A stretch of DNA of 61,734 bases from a virus. Lineage: Duplodnaviria > Heunggongvirae > Uroviricota > Caudoviricetes. The stretch covers positions 1 through 61,734 of the IMG/VR virus record IMGVR_UViG_2529292751_000001. The stretch is one strand, 5' to 3'. Of the stretch, positions 16,439-26,347 are shown one piece after another (within the stretch, counting starts at the first letter, position 1; each line of letters opens with the position of its first letter). Under the pieces are notes generated by a model. The model was not told the DNA's origin. It saw nothing but the letters and a program-made list of their open reading frames with translations, and made no database searches. The translations under genes were made by a program, and so were the position numbers.

Positions 16439-17497
16439 TTATTTATTTTTGATGGCAATTTTATAAAGCTCTTTAACATAGAATTCTGCTGACTTTTTAG
16501 CGATTCGTGTAATCGTTTCGGAAACAGTATTCTTCTTGATTCCTAGCAACTCTTCCAGTTCTTCTTGTGCATATCCCTGTCTGAATGAGTCAACAATACT
16601 TTGCTCACGAACAGTCAGAACCATTCTATCTAGCATTCTATTGTAGTCGTAGATGATAAGACCTAGTCCATCCTCATCCATCATATCTTCTCTATTAAGC
16701 ATTCTCAGAAGCTCTTTGTTATTTACAATATCAGAGAAATCAATGGCATCTAACTTGTTTGCCACGCCCTCATCCTTAAGCAGATTCTTAAATTCTATAG
16801 GACGCTTGATAGCCTTTTTAATAGCAATCTGGTTATCTTTCGCCTCGCGAATCCAACGAGTTACATAGCCTTTTACGTTTTTGCGAATTTTTAGGAGTCT
16901 CGCACGAGCTTCTTCATCCATTATAATAGGAAGAGATGCGTCAATTCGATTTTCAATCATCTTTACAAACGAGTCGTCTCCTGCCTTTTCGACTAGGTCT
17001 TGTAATCTACCAATCTCTACTATCTCCCTAATATCCTTAGAAAGAATGCTCATACCCTTAACTATCTTCTGATTCTTATCTTCATTAGAATAGAACATGT
17101 CGAATACTTCTACTTCTGAATTGCCCTCTCCAGTTTCGAATGCTGAAGCTACAACGTTCTCAGACTCTTTATATTGTTTGAATTCTCTCTCACTCTTCCA
17201 GAATCGGTACTCTACCTTTCTGTTAGTATCAATATCTTTTGCATTAAGAAGATATGTACCTAGCATCTCTAACGTTCGACATACAGCATCCTGCTCAGCC
17301 ATCCAACCTTGTTGTGTTGGGCTTACATCGTAATATTCACCAAAGTATGTAGAGAAGAATTCATGCACATTCCCTTCCCCATCACCAATTACTTCATTTA
17401 TTACTTCTAATCTATCACCGAATTTTTCAACAGAATAATCCTGCTGTTGGAAATCCACCAATTTTTTACCTGCAATTGAACTACTGAAGTACTTCAC
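16439..17497 (-). CDS. Phage protein with C-terminal sigma-region-4-like HTH (putative transcription factor)
   Basis: 352 aa; C-terminal LTVREQSIVDSFRQGYAQEELEELLGIKKNTVSETITRIAKK; GTG start with GGAGAG RBS. Confidence 0.7.
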   Translation of the reverse strand: MKYFSSSIAGKKLVDFQQQDYSVEKFGDRLEVINEVIGDGEGNVHEFFSTYFGEYYDVSPTQQGWMAEQDAVCRTLEMLGTYLLNAKDIDTNRKVEYRFWKSEREFKQYKESENVVASAFETGEGNSEVEVFDMFYSNEDKNQKIVKGMSILSKDIREIVEIGRLQDLVEKAGDDSFVKMIENRIDASLPIIMDEEARARLLKIRKNVKGYVTRWIREAKDNQIAIKKAIKRPIEFKNLLKDEGVANKLDAIDFSDIVNNKELLRMLNREDMMDEDGLGLIIYDYNRMLDRMVLTVREQSIVDSFRQGYAQEELEELLGIKKNTVSETITRIAKKSAEFYVKELYKIAIKNK

Positions 17498-17702
17498 GTT
17501 TCATCTCTCCTTGTGCTTTTCTGTATGTTTTCATCTTTGTAATAAATCTTGCTGTTGCTCTCATTTCTCTTTCTCGCTCAACGTCGTCATACATCTTATC
17601 TAGCTCGCCACTTAGATATAATGCATTCACTTCATCTGTTGATAGTGTCGCTAGATAATTCTCTAACGGACGGTATGAACAGAATCCTCTTATCATTTCC
17701 AT
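17481..17702 (-). CDS. Hypothetical protein
   Basis: 73 aa, RBS AAGGAG, coupled to downstream gene. Confidence 0.6.
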   Translation of the reverse strand: MEMIRGFCSYRPLENYLATLSTDEVNALYLSGELDKMYDDVEREREMRATARFITKMKTYRKAQGEMKREVLQ

Positions 17703-17841
17703 ACTTTTGTTTAGCTCCTTTGTTTAAATTCACCTTTGTTTTATTCGCCTTTGTGTGTATATCATATAACATTCATTTATTTTCTGCAATACTTTTGTTT
17801 AATGCAGAACTAGCCAGAAGCTCAAGGCTTCTATAGGCTTA

Positions 17842-18231
17842 TTACATCTTTGGTTCTTTAAGAGTTCCCATTTTTTCAAGCTCACCAATTGCTTTTAGAT
17901 ATGTCTCTCTATCCATTCTAAGCTCTTTATGGAATACTTCTTTCCCATACTCATCTCTTTTAACAGACTTATTTGTATTTCTATCTGTAGAACGGTATGC
18001 AAAAATCATTTCGTACATTCTCTCAGTTGGTGTCTGTATATATTCAATCAACTTTTGTACTAGCACTCCACTTGGTGCGCTTCTATTGCCAATACAGTTC
18101 ATATAGTAGTTATAATTAACCTCGAAAACATCCGTAAATTCTCTCTTAGATACGTTTTCTGCAGTACGTTTAATTTCTCCTAATCGAAGAATTTCTCTTC
18201 CATCCATTGTTTCTAATAAATTCATTTGCAA
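17842..18231 (-). CDS. Putative XRE-like HTH regulator
   Basis: 129 aa; SKREFTDVFEVNYNYYMNCIGNRSAPS resembles an HTH; ACGGAGG RBS and own promoter with GTGTNACAC box. Confidence 0.55.
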   Translation of the reverse strand: MQMNLLETMDGREILRLGEIKRTAENVSKREFTDVFEVNYNYYMNCIGNRSAPSGVLVQKLIEYIQTPTERMYEMIFAYRSTDRNTNKSVKRDEYGKEVFHKELRMDRETYLKAIGELEKMGTLKEPKM

Positions 18232-18284
18232 TTCCTCCGTTAACCTTATGTGTTATAGTGTTAGTGTAACACAATCACACTAGA

Positions 18285-18734
18285 TTAACAACCGCTTTTT
18301 TGAATTACTTTTCTTAATTCCTCAATTTCCTTCTCGCGGTTCTTTATCTCCTTCTCAGCCTTAACTTTAATTCCTTTTAATATAATGAATCTGAGATTCT
18401 CCATTATATATAGAAACTTCTCATCATCAAGGAAACTGGCGTATATCTCATTTGCGATGATATGACTAATCTTATGCATGATGAAATCGTCTTTACTATT
18501 ATGATAAGGAAGCTCATCATAGTCTTCTCTGGACATTGGATATACAGAATCTACGAATTTATAGAATCCGTCTTCCATATCATATACGCCTGCAAGGTCG
18601 ATAATTTCAAATACACGTTTAACTCGCGTATCTTTTAAGTCTCGATATTCATCCATGAAAGTTGCCCATAGTTCCAATATCTCATCTTTCTTCTGTTTGT
18701 ATTGCTCTGTCGTGCCATTTTTAATTACTGCCAA
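18285..18734 (-). CDS. Hypothetical protein
   Basis: 149 aa, GAGGTGG RBS. Confidence 0.7.
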   Translation of the reverse strand: MAVIKNGTTEQYKQKKDEILELWATFMDEYRDLKDTRVKRVFEIIDLAGVYDMEDGFYKFVDSVYPMSREDYDELPYHNSKDDFIMHKISHIIANEIYASFLDDEKFLYIMENLRFIILKGIKVKAEKEIKNREKEIEELRKVIQKSGC

Positions 18735-19505
18735 CTATTCCACCTCATTAATAGGATTGTTATTTCTATCTAATACTTGGATATAATGAGTTTCATTGCT
18801 ATAGCCTAGCTTATCCATAGCATCTTTTATATAGACAAAAATCGATTTCGCGCTATCCCCTACTCTCCAGTAGAAGTTATGTGTCTTAGAAATGCTTTTA
18901 TTCTTAACCTGCTTTTTGGCTGTGAATCTCATTTTTCTAAAATCGATAACATTGAGTTCATCTTTTAATATATAGATGTATTTTGATACAGTCTTGTCGC
19001 TAATACCTGTTTCTAACTGAATTGTTCCTTGAGAAATCCAAGACACCTTGCAACTTGATTCGCTCTCAAATATAGGAGATACGATACTAGCGTACACTGA
19101 GAATACTCCGAACTTCTTCTTCTTATCCAGTGTCATAAATTTCTTGATAATATCCACATCAAACATTGTGAAGTATCCACCCTTGTTAGGCTCTACCATT
19201 CTAATAAAGTATAGTGTAGAAGGCTTCATCTTAGATGCCTCTATCCTGCACATTTCCGCTTGGTCTTCGTATACTTCAATAAATTGATGAACTTCTAGAT
19301 TGGTAACGAATCCTTTCATCTTAGATTTATTCCTACTATCTGAGTGATTCATTCCCATCTGTTTGAGAAGGTTTACGATACTAACTGTAGCAGAGCCAGT
19401 TGGATTATTGGCTCGAATGACAGCGTATGTAAATTTCTCTTCTGATGTAATTTCTTCGTGCTTGATTAGGGAGTCGCTAATTTTAATAAAGTTATTATGT
19501 TTCAA
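18735..19505 (-). CDS. Two-wHTH Rep-like DNA-binding protein
   Basis: 256 aa; N-terminal EEKFTYAVIR.. and C-terminal SQGTIQLETGISDKTVSKYIYIL HTH-like segments; TTG start with AAAGGAG RBS; adjacent to palindrome array. Confidence 0.6.
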   Translation of the reverse strand: MKHNNFIKISDSLIKHEEITSEEKFTYAVIRANNPTGSATVSIVNLLKQMGMNHSDSRNKSKMKGFVTNLEVHQFIEVYEDQAEMCRIEASKMKPSTLYFIRMVEPNKGGYFTMFDVDIIKKFMTLDKKKKFGVFSVYASIVSPIFESESSCKVSWISQGTIQLETGISDKTVSKYIYILKDELNVIDFRKMRFTAKKQVKNKSISKTHNFYWRVGDSAKSIFVYIKDAMDKLGYSNETHYIQVLDRNNNPINEVE

Positions 19506-19644
19506 ATTCTATCGAATTCTCCTTTCCTGCAATATTTTTGCTTAAAGTGCAAAGTCGAAAGCGCTACTGCGCGTGACTATGCACTTATCTCTCTCTTCTT
19601 AATATGGTTCTCCTCTGCTTAAATGGTTCTCTTTTATTAGACCC

Positions 19645-19997
19645 CCAGATTTACACCAATAGGGGGTGTATATTTCCGCCCACCTATCGGAGATTTACAC
19701 CCCCTATTGGTGTAAAATTCCGTATACCCTCGGAGATATACACTAGTAAGGGGTGTAAATCTCCGTATAGGTTAACTTATGAATAAATTCTAACAGAGAA
19801 TATGATATTCTGCAATACTTTTGTTTAATGGGATGCGTTTCAGTAGTGGGAAAAGAGCGCCACCGCGCGACCCCACTACTATCTCTCTCTGCTTCGTCTG
19901 GTTCTCTTATTATTAGACCCCCACATTTACACCCTCTAGTGGTGTAAATCTCCGTATGGTATACGGAAATACGCACCCCTAGAGGGTGTAAATCTCC
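19645..19997. repeat. Five 33-bp palindromes GGAGATTTACACC-N7-GGTGTAAATCTCC (origin-like array)
   Basis: Copies at 19645-19677, 19689-19721, 19732-19764, 19921-19953 and 19965-19997; 43-44 bp period within each cluster. Confidence 0.9.
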
Positions 19998-20086
19998 GTA
20001 TCAGTGAGATGTATAGAAATTTGGGTGAGTGATTTTTGCAGTATAATAGAAGAAACTCGATTTGAATCGAATGAGCCAGAAATTTA

Positions 20087-20116
20087 TTGTCAGATTGAAG
20101 GGGATTCTGCTACAAT
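20087..20116 (+). promoter_or_regulatory. sigmaA-type promoter for rep-like gene
   Basis: TTGTCA-18 bp-TACAAT with TG extension. Confidence 0.55.
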
Positions 20117-20137
20117 GAATACAACAAACAAATCTTG

Positions 20138-20238
20138 AAAAAGCAAAAACGCCCTATCCTTTGTAAGTTTGCCGACCTGCAAGGATAAAGCGTCCGAGAT
20201 GAATCACAAAATAGCAATTCAGATTTCATTAATTTGTT
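20138..20238 (-). ncRNA. Candidate counter-transcribed antisense RNA in the rep leader
   Basis: - strand promoter TTTACC-18-TATTAT (20274-20245); hairpin ACGC..TATCCTT..AAGGATA..GCGT followed by TTTTTGCTTTTT on the - strand. Confidence 0.45.
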
Positions 20239-20327
20239 ACCTCAATAATATCACATGTGTTAGATTGAGGTAAAGTAATTTTGTGATTTTTCTCTCCTGC
20301 TTTTTCTATAAAGTGGAGGAATTAAAT

Positions 20328-21359
20328 ATGGCTAGACCAGATGGTTATGATGTCGAGGGCTACATCCATTTTATCGAAAAGAGAGTAGATGAAAACTACC
20401 CCATTGATGAGAAAGATGGAGCTAGAAAAATGCCGAATAAGGAGGCATACGAAGTCCCATTCAGCTATCTAGAAAACTTGAATTTGAACAAGGTTGGGAA
20501 CGAAATCCCTTCTAGAATTCATAGTATGTGGAATGTAGATAGGTACATGGCTTACTATTGGAAGCAAATAATGGATGCTGATTGCATATTCGTATGGCAA
20601 CACCTTTGGGAATATTGCGATAAAGATAGTGCTATTGATATATGCTATCCGAAGATGACAGAGTTGGCACAAAGATGCGGACTGTCAAAGGGAACTTTGA
20701 TTTCTAAGATTAAAAAGTTGGAAGAGAACAATTTTCTTATCCAAGTACATAGATTAAATAAGAGAAATGGTAACAGAGAAGATAGTCCTGTATTTAAACT
20801 TAGAACTACTATACCTCTTCTTTCGCAGGAACAGTATAAGCAGTTGAAACCATTTATGCAAAAGAAACACGATGAGTTTATGAAGAAGTTTGCTTCTGAT
20901 TCTCAGATGGATAGATTCAATCATCATAATGGCGAAGATACAATCAATAGCCTTATCGAAACTGTTGGAGACAAGATTATCTCTAAGAAAGATAGAAGAG
21001 AGATTGATATATTGCTTGAAAATCAGAAAGAAGAGAATTATATACTTACCAATCTACCTGACAATATGCAGGATACATTGATTTCATCTGATGAATTTAA
21101 AGATAGATTAATTGAACATGGATGTACTAAGCCTACAGCAGATGTATTCTTTACTGATGTAATATCCGTATATAACAAAGAAATACATACTGTACATATC
21201 ATTGCTCGCGATGATTCTAAAAAGGAATTTCTTGAGAATCTAGATGGAAGCATGAAAGATATACTATTTAAAACATTGGACGGGATATACGAGTCAATTG
21301 GAGACGTTAAGTATTTCACCGCTAAACAATATATAGTTTCAATCTTGAAGAGCAAATAA
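20328..21359 (+). CDS. Replication initiator-like protein (HTH_36-type wHTH)
   Basis: CYPKMTELAQRCGLSKGTLISKIKKLEENNFL wHTH; start refined to ATG 20328 after GGAGG; followed by iterons and DnaA boxes. Confidence 0.75.
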   Translation: MARPDGYDVEGYIHFIEKRVDENYPIDEKDGARKMPNKEAYEVPFSYLENLNLNKVGNEIPSRIHSMWNVDRYMAYYWKQIMDADCIFVWQHLWEYCDKDSAIDICYPKMTELAQRCGLSKGTLISKIKKLEENNFLIQVHRLNKRNGNREDSPVFKLRTTIPLLSQEQYKQLKPFMQKKHDEFMKKFASDSQMDRFNHHNGEDTINSLIETVGDKIISKKDRREIDILLENQKEENYILTNLPDNMQDTLISSDEFKDRLIEHGCTKPTADVFFTDVISVYNKEIHTVHIIARDDSKKEFLENLDGSMKDILFKTLDGIYESIGDVKYFTAKQYIVSILKSK

Positions 21360-21374
21360 TGCTCTTCTTTTTTT
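21347..21374 (+). terminator. Intrinsic terminator
   Basis: GAAGAGCA-AATAA-TGCTCTTC followed by T7. Confidence 0.8.
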
Positions 21375-21415
21375 GTCTTTTCGCGTTCACAATTTGGACA
21401 CATTTAAGATTGTTT

Positions 21416-21629
21416 TATAGTGTTCAATTTTTGAACTCTATGTTTTTTTTATAGTGTTTAATTTTTAAACTCTAGGAGTTCAATTTTTGAACACTATAGA
21501 GTTCAATTTTTAAACTCTATAAAATGTCTCACTTATCCACATTTTCTGTGGATAAAATAGTGTTCAATTTTTAAACTCTATAAAACTATAGTGTTCAATT
21601 TTTAAACACACCCAGTTCAATTTTTGAAC
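21416..21629. repeat. Seven iterons GTT(C/T)AATTTTT(G/A)AAC flanking an inverted DnaA-box pair (putative origin)
   Basis: Cores at 21422, 21456, 21478, 21501, 21562, 21593 and 21615; TTATCCACA 21533-21541 and TGTGGATAA 21547-21555; AT-rich tract follows. Confidence 0.88.
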
Positions 21630-21894
21630 ACCCTAAGTATTTATGATTCTATATATCTTTTACTTATTAATTAATATAAGATTCCATAAGAATCATAAGT
21701 ATAGAATTTTCAGAAAATAGAAACATTCTATAATACGAATCTCGAATCGATAGGTACATAGCCCCTCCAGAATACCTCTCTCATCTCCATACTGACTCAC
21801 TGATGCGTTCTACGAACGAAGTAGTCCAATTACATCTGTAAAAAATGCCCCTCCCCTATGAAGCGCTACGTATCTTAAAATTTATTATTTTTTA

Positions 21895-22031
21895 TTAAAC
21901 AAAAGTATTGCAAAATTATAAGGTTATAGTGTAGTATGAAAACAGTAATAAAACAAAGAAGGTTTTATATGAGTGAGTTACAGAAATCTATTAAACAAAA
22001 GTATTGCACGAAATGTTATGATGTGTTAGTA
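21895..22031 (+). promoter_or_regulatory. Tandem sigmaA-type promoters carrying the TTAAACAAAAGTATTGCA motif
   Basis: Motif at 21895-21912 and 21991-22008; the second is TTGCAC-17-TAGTAT. Confidence 0.7.
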
Positions 22032-22061
22032 TAACATTAACGATAACTAGGAGGAATCATT

Positions 22062-24026
22062 ATGAAATTAACAACAGAACAACAATTAGCAGTAGATACT
22101 ATTGATGGGAACGTTTGTACAATCGCAAGTGCAGGCTCTGGAAAGACTAGCGCCTTCACCACTCGTATTGCAAACATGGTAAACAATCACTATATTAATC
22201 CTACATGTATTCTAGGAATCACGTTTACGAAGAAGGCATCCGAGGAAATGCAGAAGCGACTTAGCAAACTTATTGGCAAAGACACAGCGAAGAAGGTTGT
22301 GCTTGGCACATTCCATAGTATCGCTTACCGATTATTGAAGGTTTTAGATTCTGAGTTTGATAAATTGCAGATTGCCCCAGATTGGTGGAAAATGTCGCGT
22401 CTCAACGATTTATGCAAACCTCGCGATGAGCGAAACCATTTAGGCATGAATTTAGGAATCAAGGCAGGAGAACTTGCTCAGTTTATTTCTTATCAAAAAG
22501 CGAATATGGTGAAGCCAACTGACAATCTCATTATTAATGAGCAAGTTGAATTTGTAGACGGAGTATCAGAACCGCTTCTCAGAGAGGCATACGCCACGTA
22601 TGAGCGACTTAAATCAGAATCTAGACAAGTAGACTTCGATGACATGTTACTGCGATTCTACGAGAAACTGAGAGACGACAGCGCATTCCGTTCTCGCATT
22701 GCAAAACAATATCAGTACATCATGATTGATGAGTATCAAGATACATCGACTATCGTGCTTGAAATTATTAAGCTTATCAACTCTCACAATGTATTTGTAG
22801 TTGGGGATTTCCGCCAATCCATCTATGCATTCATCAATGCGAATGTTGAGAATATCCTTAACTTCAAAGATGAATTTGAGAATGTGAAACTAATTGAATT
22901 AAACAAGAACTTCCGCTCAACTCAAAATATTGTTCACCTATCAAACAAAATTATCGAAAACAGTTCGATTGAAAAATATAAACAATTCAAGCCATCCGAG
23001 AGTGTTGGCGAAGTTGGAGATAAAGTTAAGTTTTCTCTATACCAAGACGAAGGAAAGCAGATTGTTGGAATCGCTAATCAGATTCAAGATTTAGTAGATG
23101 GCGGTATGCCATATAAGGAAGTTGCTATTCTAGTTCGTGCAAATGCGGATACAGCAATCATTGAGGAAGTACTGGCAGATAAGGATATTCCTTACGATGT
23201 TTCCAAATCTCTATCCTTCTTCGACAGAAAGGAAATCCTAGATTTACTGAGCTACGGAAGACTTGTGGTAGATAGCGAAGACGACAGCAGTTTCCGCAGA
23301 ATCATCAATTCACCGAATCGATATTTAGGGAAGCAGTTTGTCGAGGAACTGGAGCGATTTGCAGGTTCGCACGATATGAATTTAATGCAGGCGTTACGCG
23401 TAACTCCTCAAAATGCTGAATGGAAATTCAAGCGAGGAATCGATAACTTCACTAAGATTATTGGTGATTTACACTACCAGTCTAACTCTAGCACGAATGC
23501 AGGGCGATTCCTTCGCAATGTAATCAAGGCAACTCGCTACATTGAGTTCGTTAATGAAACAACTCCTAACGCATCTGCTATTGAAGAGAAATTAGAATCT
23601 ATTGAAAAGCTTTGCTCTATGGCTTCTAAATTCCCTAATATTAAGGCATTCTTGGCACACGTATCTACTATTAAGGATAAGCAAGCGAAGTCTAAAGGTA
23701 AAGATGCGGTGCAGGTTATGACTAGCCATGCCTCAAAAGGATTGGAATTTGACGCGGTATTTGTTCCGAACGCTAACGAGGGTCTTATCCCTCATAAGAT
23801 GAATCCAGACGAGGAAGAAGAGCGAAGACTTTTCTATGTATCATGTTCTCGACCTCGTAAGAAGCTTTATATCAGTTGGTTCTTCTACGATGCTGAAGCC
23901 ATGCTTCAAAATGAGAGTGTCTTCGTACAGGAATTGCTTGGAGAAGATACGATACTAGAAATGAAAAAAGACCTCTTCCGAGGCAAATCGGAGACCCATG
24001 TGTGGTATCCTTCAAAAATTAACTAA
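22062..24026 (+). CDS. pcrA: UvrD/PcrA-family SF1 helicase
   Basis: ASAGSGKT, TFTKKA, GTFHS, IDEYQD, VGDFRQSIYAF, NFRST, TSHASKGLEF and EERRLFYVSCSR motifs. Confidence 0.95.
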   Translation: MKLTTEQQLAVDTIDGNVCTIASAGSGKTSAFTTRIANMVNNHYINPTCILGITFTKKASEEMQKRLSKLIGKDTAKKVVLGTFHSIAYRLLKVLDSEFDKLQIAPDWWKMSRLNDLCKPRDERNHLGMNLGIKAGELAQFISYQKANMVKPTDNLIINEQVEFVDGVSEPLLREAYATYERLKSESRQVDFDDMLLRFYEKLRDDSAFRSRIAKQYQYIMIDEYQDTSTIVLEIIKLINSHNVFVVGDFRQSIYAFINANVENILNFKDEFENVKLIELNKNFRSTQNIVHLSNKIIENSSIEKYKQFKPSESVGEVGDKVKFSLYQDEGKQIVGIANQIQDLVDGGMPYKEVAILVRANADTAIIEEVLADKDIPYDVSKSLSFFDRKEILDLLSYGRLVVDSEDDSSFRRIINSPNRYLGKQFVEELERFAGSHDMNLMQALRVTPQNAEWKFKRGIDNFTKIIGDLHYQSNSSTNAGRFLRNVIKATRYIEFVNETTPNASAIEEKLESIEKLCSMASKFPNIKAFLAHVSTIKDKQAKSKGKDAVQVMTSHASKGLEFDAVFVPNANEGLIPHKMNPDEEEERRLFYVSCSRPRKKLYISWFFYDAEAMLQNESVFVQELLGEDTILEMKKDLFRGKSETHVWYPSKIN

Positions 24027-24059
24027 AACAAAAGTATTGCACAGAAAAGGAGAATTACT

Positions 24060-24305
24060 ATGAAAATAATCCCAGTTTTAGCGCCAAGCTACCAAGAGTT
24101 CAGATATTTTGTTAAAGAGAATCAATTACGGTTAAATCAGTTCGCCTACATTAGTAGGTACGAACAGCTTAGAGGATATGCAGGGGTTGTTATCACTCTT
24201 CCTACTTGGCAAAGAAACCCCAATTTCGACACAGAGTTCAGAAGAACGCTTATAGAAATGGAGTCTATGAAGTATATCTTTTTAGCGAGGCATGTAGAAA
24301 TCTAG
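24060..24305 (+). CDS. Hypothetical protein
   Basis: 81 aa with AAAGGAG RBS. Confidence 0.65.
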   Translation: MKIIPVLAPSYQEFRYFVKENQLRLNQFAYISRYEQLRGYAGVVITLPTWQRNPNFDTEFRRTLIEMESMKYIFLARHVEI

Positions 24306-24421
24306 GGGAGTTTCTATCCCCTGCTTCGCAATACTTTCTATCTAAAATCTCTATTTTTTTGAACAAAAGTATCGCGAAGCTCTTTATATAATTAAACTAA
24401 ACTATTGCGAGGATTGATAGA

Positions 24422-24721
24422 ATGTTAAAAAAATCAAAGTTTGATAATAATGAAAATATGCCTTCATGGCATAATATGATGATGACCGCTACATTAGTAG
24501 ATGGTAGAAATGTAGTAATACGCCCCTCTCCTACTAGCGATGAAGAAATGCTATGGAGATTCGCGAATGGATTTGATGATGAAAAGAATGCAGGGATTAC
24601 ATTTGTATATCAATGGAACAGAGCTAAAATTATGGGCAAAGCTAAGGTATTTAAGAATACTACGACCTGCTATATTGAAATTGAGGGCAATAATATTGTA
24701 CTCAATTTGCTAGAGGACTAA
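24422..24721 (+). CDS. Hypothetical protein
   Basis: 99 aa with GAGG RBS; terminator follows. Confidence 0.65.
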   Translation: MLKKSKFDNNENMPSWHNMMMTATLVDGRNVVIRPSPTSDEEMLWRFANGFDDEKNAGITFVYQWNRAKIMGKAKVFKNTTTCYIEIEGNNIVLNLLED

Positions 24722-24737
24722 ATTTTTAGTCCTTTTT
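24715..24737 (+). terminator. Intrinsic terminator
   Basis: GGACTAA-ATTT-TTAGTCC followed by TTTTT. Confidence 0.7.
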
Positions 24738-24928
24738 CTTATTGTCCAAAACTTTGGTCAAGTATTGGTGCGTAGGGGGTGAAATTGGTGTTTTTTAAGA
24801 TGTTTTATAGAATTATAATGTAATAGTTTACCCATTGGTTGCCCAAAACTTTGAACTTTCTGTTGCAATTACTATTTTGCGAGTATATAATTCGTTGTAG
24901 AGATATAAATTGAAGGAGGCGCTTATAA

Positions 24929-26044
24929 ATGGCAAGTAAAAAGAGCAAGAAAAAGTATGATAGAATCATTGGGATTGATTTAGGGAACGGACTAGTAAAA
25001 ATTAGAAGTATCACAAGAGAGGGTAGACCTTATTTCAAAACACTTCCTAGTGCATTTGCTTTCAAGAAGGACGCAGGAGAAAGTATGAACAATAAATCTC
25101 TAGATGTAGATGTTTTTGAAATAGATGATGTTGAATACGTATGGGGATTAGAGATTAGCAAAGTTGATGATATTCAAAACGTGTACGGACATGAAGGGAG
25201 ATATAAAACTGAAGCCTTCAAAATCATGGCTAAGATTGTAATGGCAAAAGTGGTTCATGACCTAGAGATTGCTCCTACAGAGAAGATTTTAATCGTAACA
25301 GGTGTACCATCTGGTGAAACTGGAACATCATGTGAAGAAGAGATTGCTGATGCTTTCTACGGTGAGGATGAAAGAGGCATCCATGAAGTTGCTGTTAATG
25401 AGGATGAACATATTTTTAAGGTTGAGCATGTAGAAGTTCAAGCGCAGGCTCTATCTACTGTAATGGGAAGATATTTAGATGAAGAAGCTTCTGTAGAAGA
25501 GGAAGGTTACGAGACTTGGAAGGTTGCTGTTATCGATGTTGGTAGTGGAACGACTGACCTAGATATAGTATCTGAGCTTAGAAGACAGAAGACGTATCAT
25601 AGTGTTAAAAAGGGGTTTAGAGACGTATACAACTCAATTAGAGAGTGTATTAGAAAGGAATTTCCTTCACATACTGTAACAGACTATGACCTTCTACATA
25701 TATTAGAGGAAGTTGAGGAAGAGGCGACCAAGAAGGGGATTACATACAAAGATAGAGAATACATATACAAGCCTTCTAAACGTGCGAAAGCAGTTAACTT
25801 TAAGAAGGCAATGGAAGATGGAATTAAAGAGGTTGTCATTGGCATCCAAGGAGCTATCATGGACAAGTGGAAAGACCAAACAGACATCGATGAGATACTA
25901 TTAGTAGGTGGTGGCGCTCACTTATTTGAAGATAAGATAAGTAACATTGTTTATGGAATTACGATTCCTGCAAATAACGGAGATAGCAATGTAGAAGGTT
26001 ATTATAGATATGGTGTATATCTGAATAATCTGGAGGCTGAGTGA
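24929..26044 (+). CDS. parM: ParM/StbA-family actin-like partition ATPase
   Basis: IGIDLGNGLVK phosphate-1, IDVGSGTTD phosphate-2, LVGGGA adenosine motif, SNVEGYYRYG C-terminus. Confidence 0.9.
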   Translation: MASKKSKKKYDRIIGIDLGNGLVKIRSITREGRPYFKTLPSAFAFKKDAGESMNNKSLDVDVFEIDDVEYVWGLEISKVDDIQNVYGHEGRYKTEAFKIMAKIVMAKVVHDLEIAPTEKILIVTGVPSGETGTSCEEEIADAFYGEDERGIHEVAVNEDEHIFKVEHVEVQAQALSTVMGRYLDEEASVEEEGYETWKVAVIDVGSGTTDLDIVSELRRQKTYHSVKKGFRDVYNSIRECIRKEFPSHTVTDYDLLHILEEVEEEATKKGITYKDREYIYKPSKRAKAVNFKKAMEDGIKEVVIGIQGAIMDKWKDQTDIDEILLVGGGAHLFEDKISNIVYGITIPANNGDSNVEGYYRYGVYLNNLEAE

Positions 26045-26346
26045 TAATGGAGGAAAATGTTAAAGACAACACCAAATTCTACAAGTTGCCTTATGATGAG
26101 GTGGCTGATAAGGACATAGATGATTGGTTAAAGTCTATCCCAAGGAATAAGAAGGCTGAAGCTGTTAGGTATGCCATCAGATTCTATAAGGCTCATTTAG
26201 GAGAAGGGGAGTTCTTTAAGCTACCGAATATGGTTGGAAGTCCTGCTCCTACGCCAGAAGCTAAGTCAGAGCCTAAGAAAAAGGTAGGAATTAAGAAACA
26301 ACCTAGCGCCTTAATACAGACTATGAAAACTCCAAAGGAGGACTAG
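26041..26346 (+). CDS. ParR-like RHH adaptor
   Basis: DKDIDDWLKSIPRNKKAEAVRYAIRFY RHH-like segment with flexible C-terminal tail; overlaps parM stop. Confidence 0.7.
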   Translation: MIMEENVKDNTKFYKLPYDEVADKDIDDWLKSIPRNKKAEAVRYAIRFYKAHLGEGEFFKLPNMVGSPAPTPEAKSEPKKKVGIKKQPSALIQTMKTPKED

Positions 26347-26347
26347 T

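Noticed and set aside
19645-21629. CRISPR array interpretation of the two repeat clusters
   Set aside because: Spacers are too short (about 7-19 nt within clusters), repeats are degenerate, and no cas genes are present; iteron/operator reading fits better.
21800-21821. Hammerhead-like CTGATGC-hairpin-GAAG
   Set aside because: Two core positions deviate and stems I and III cannot be formed.
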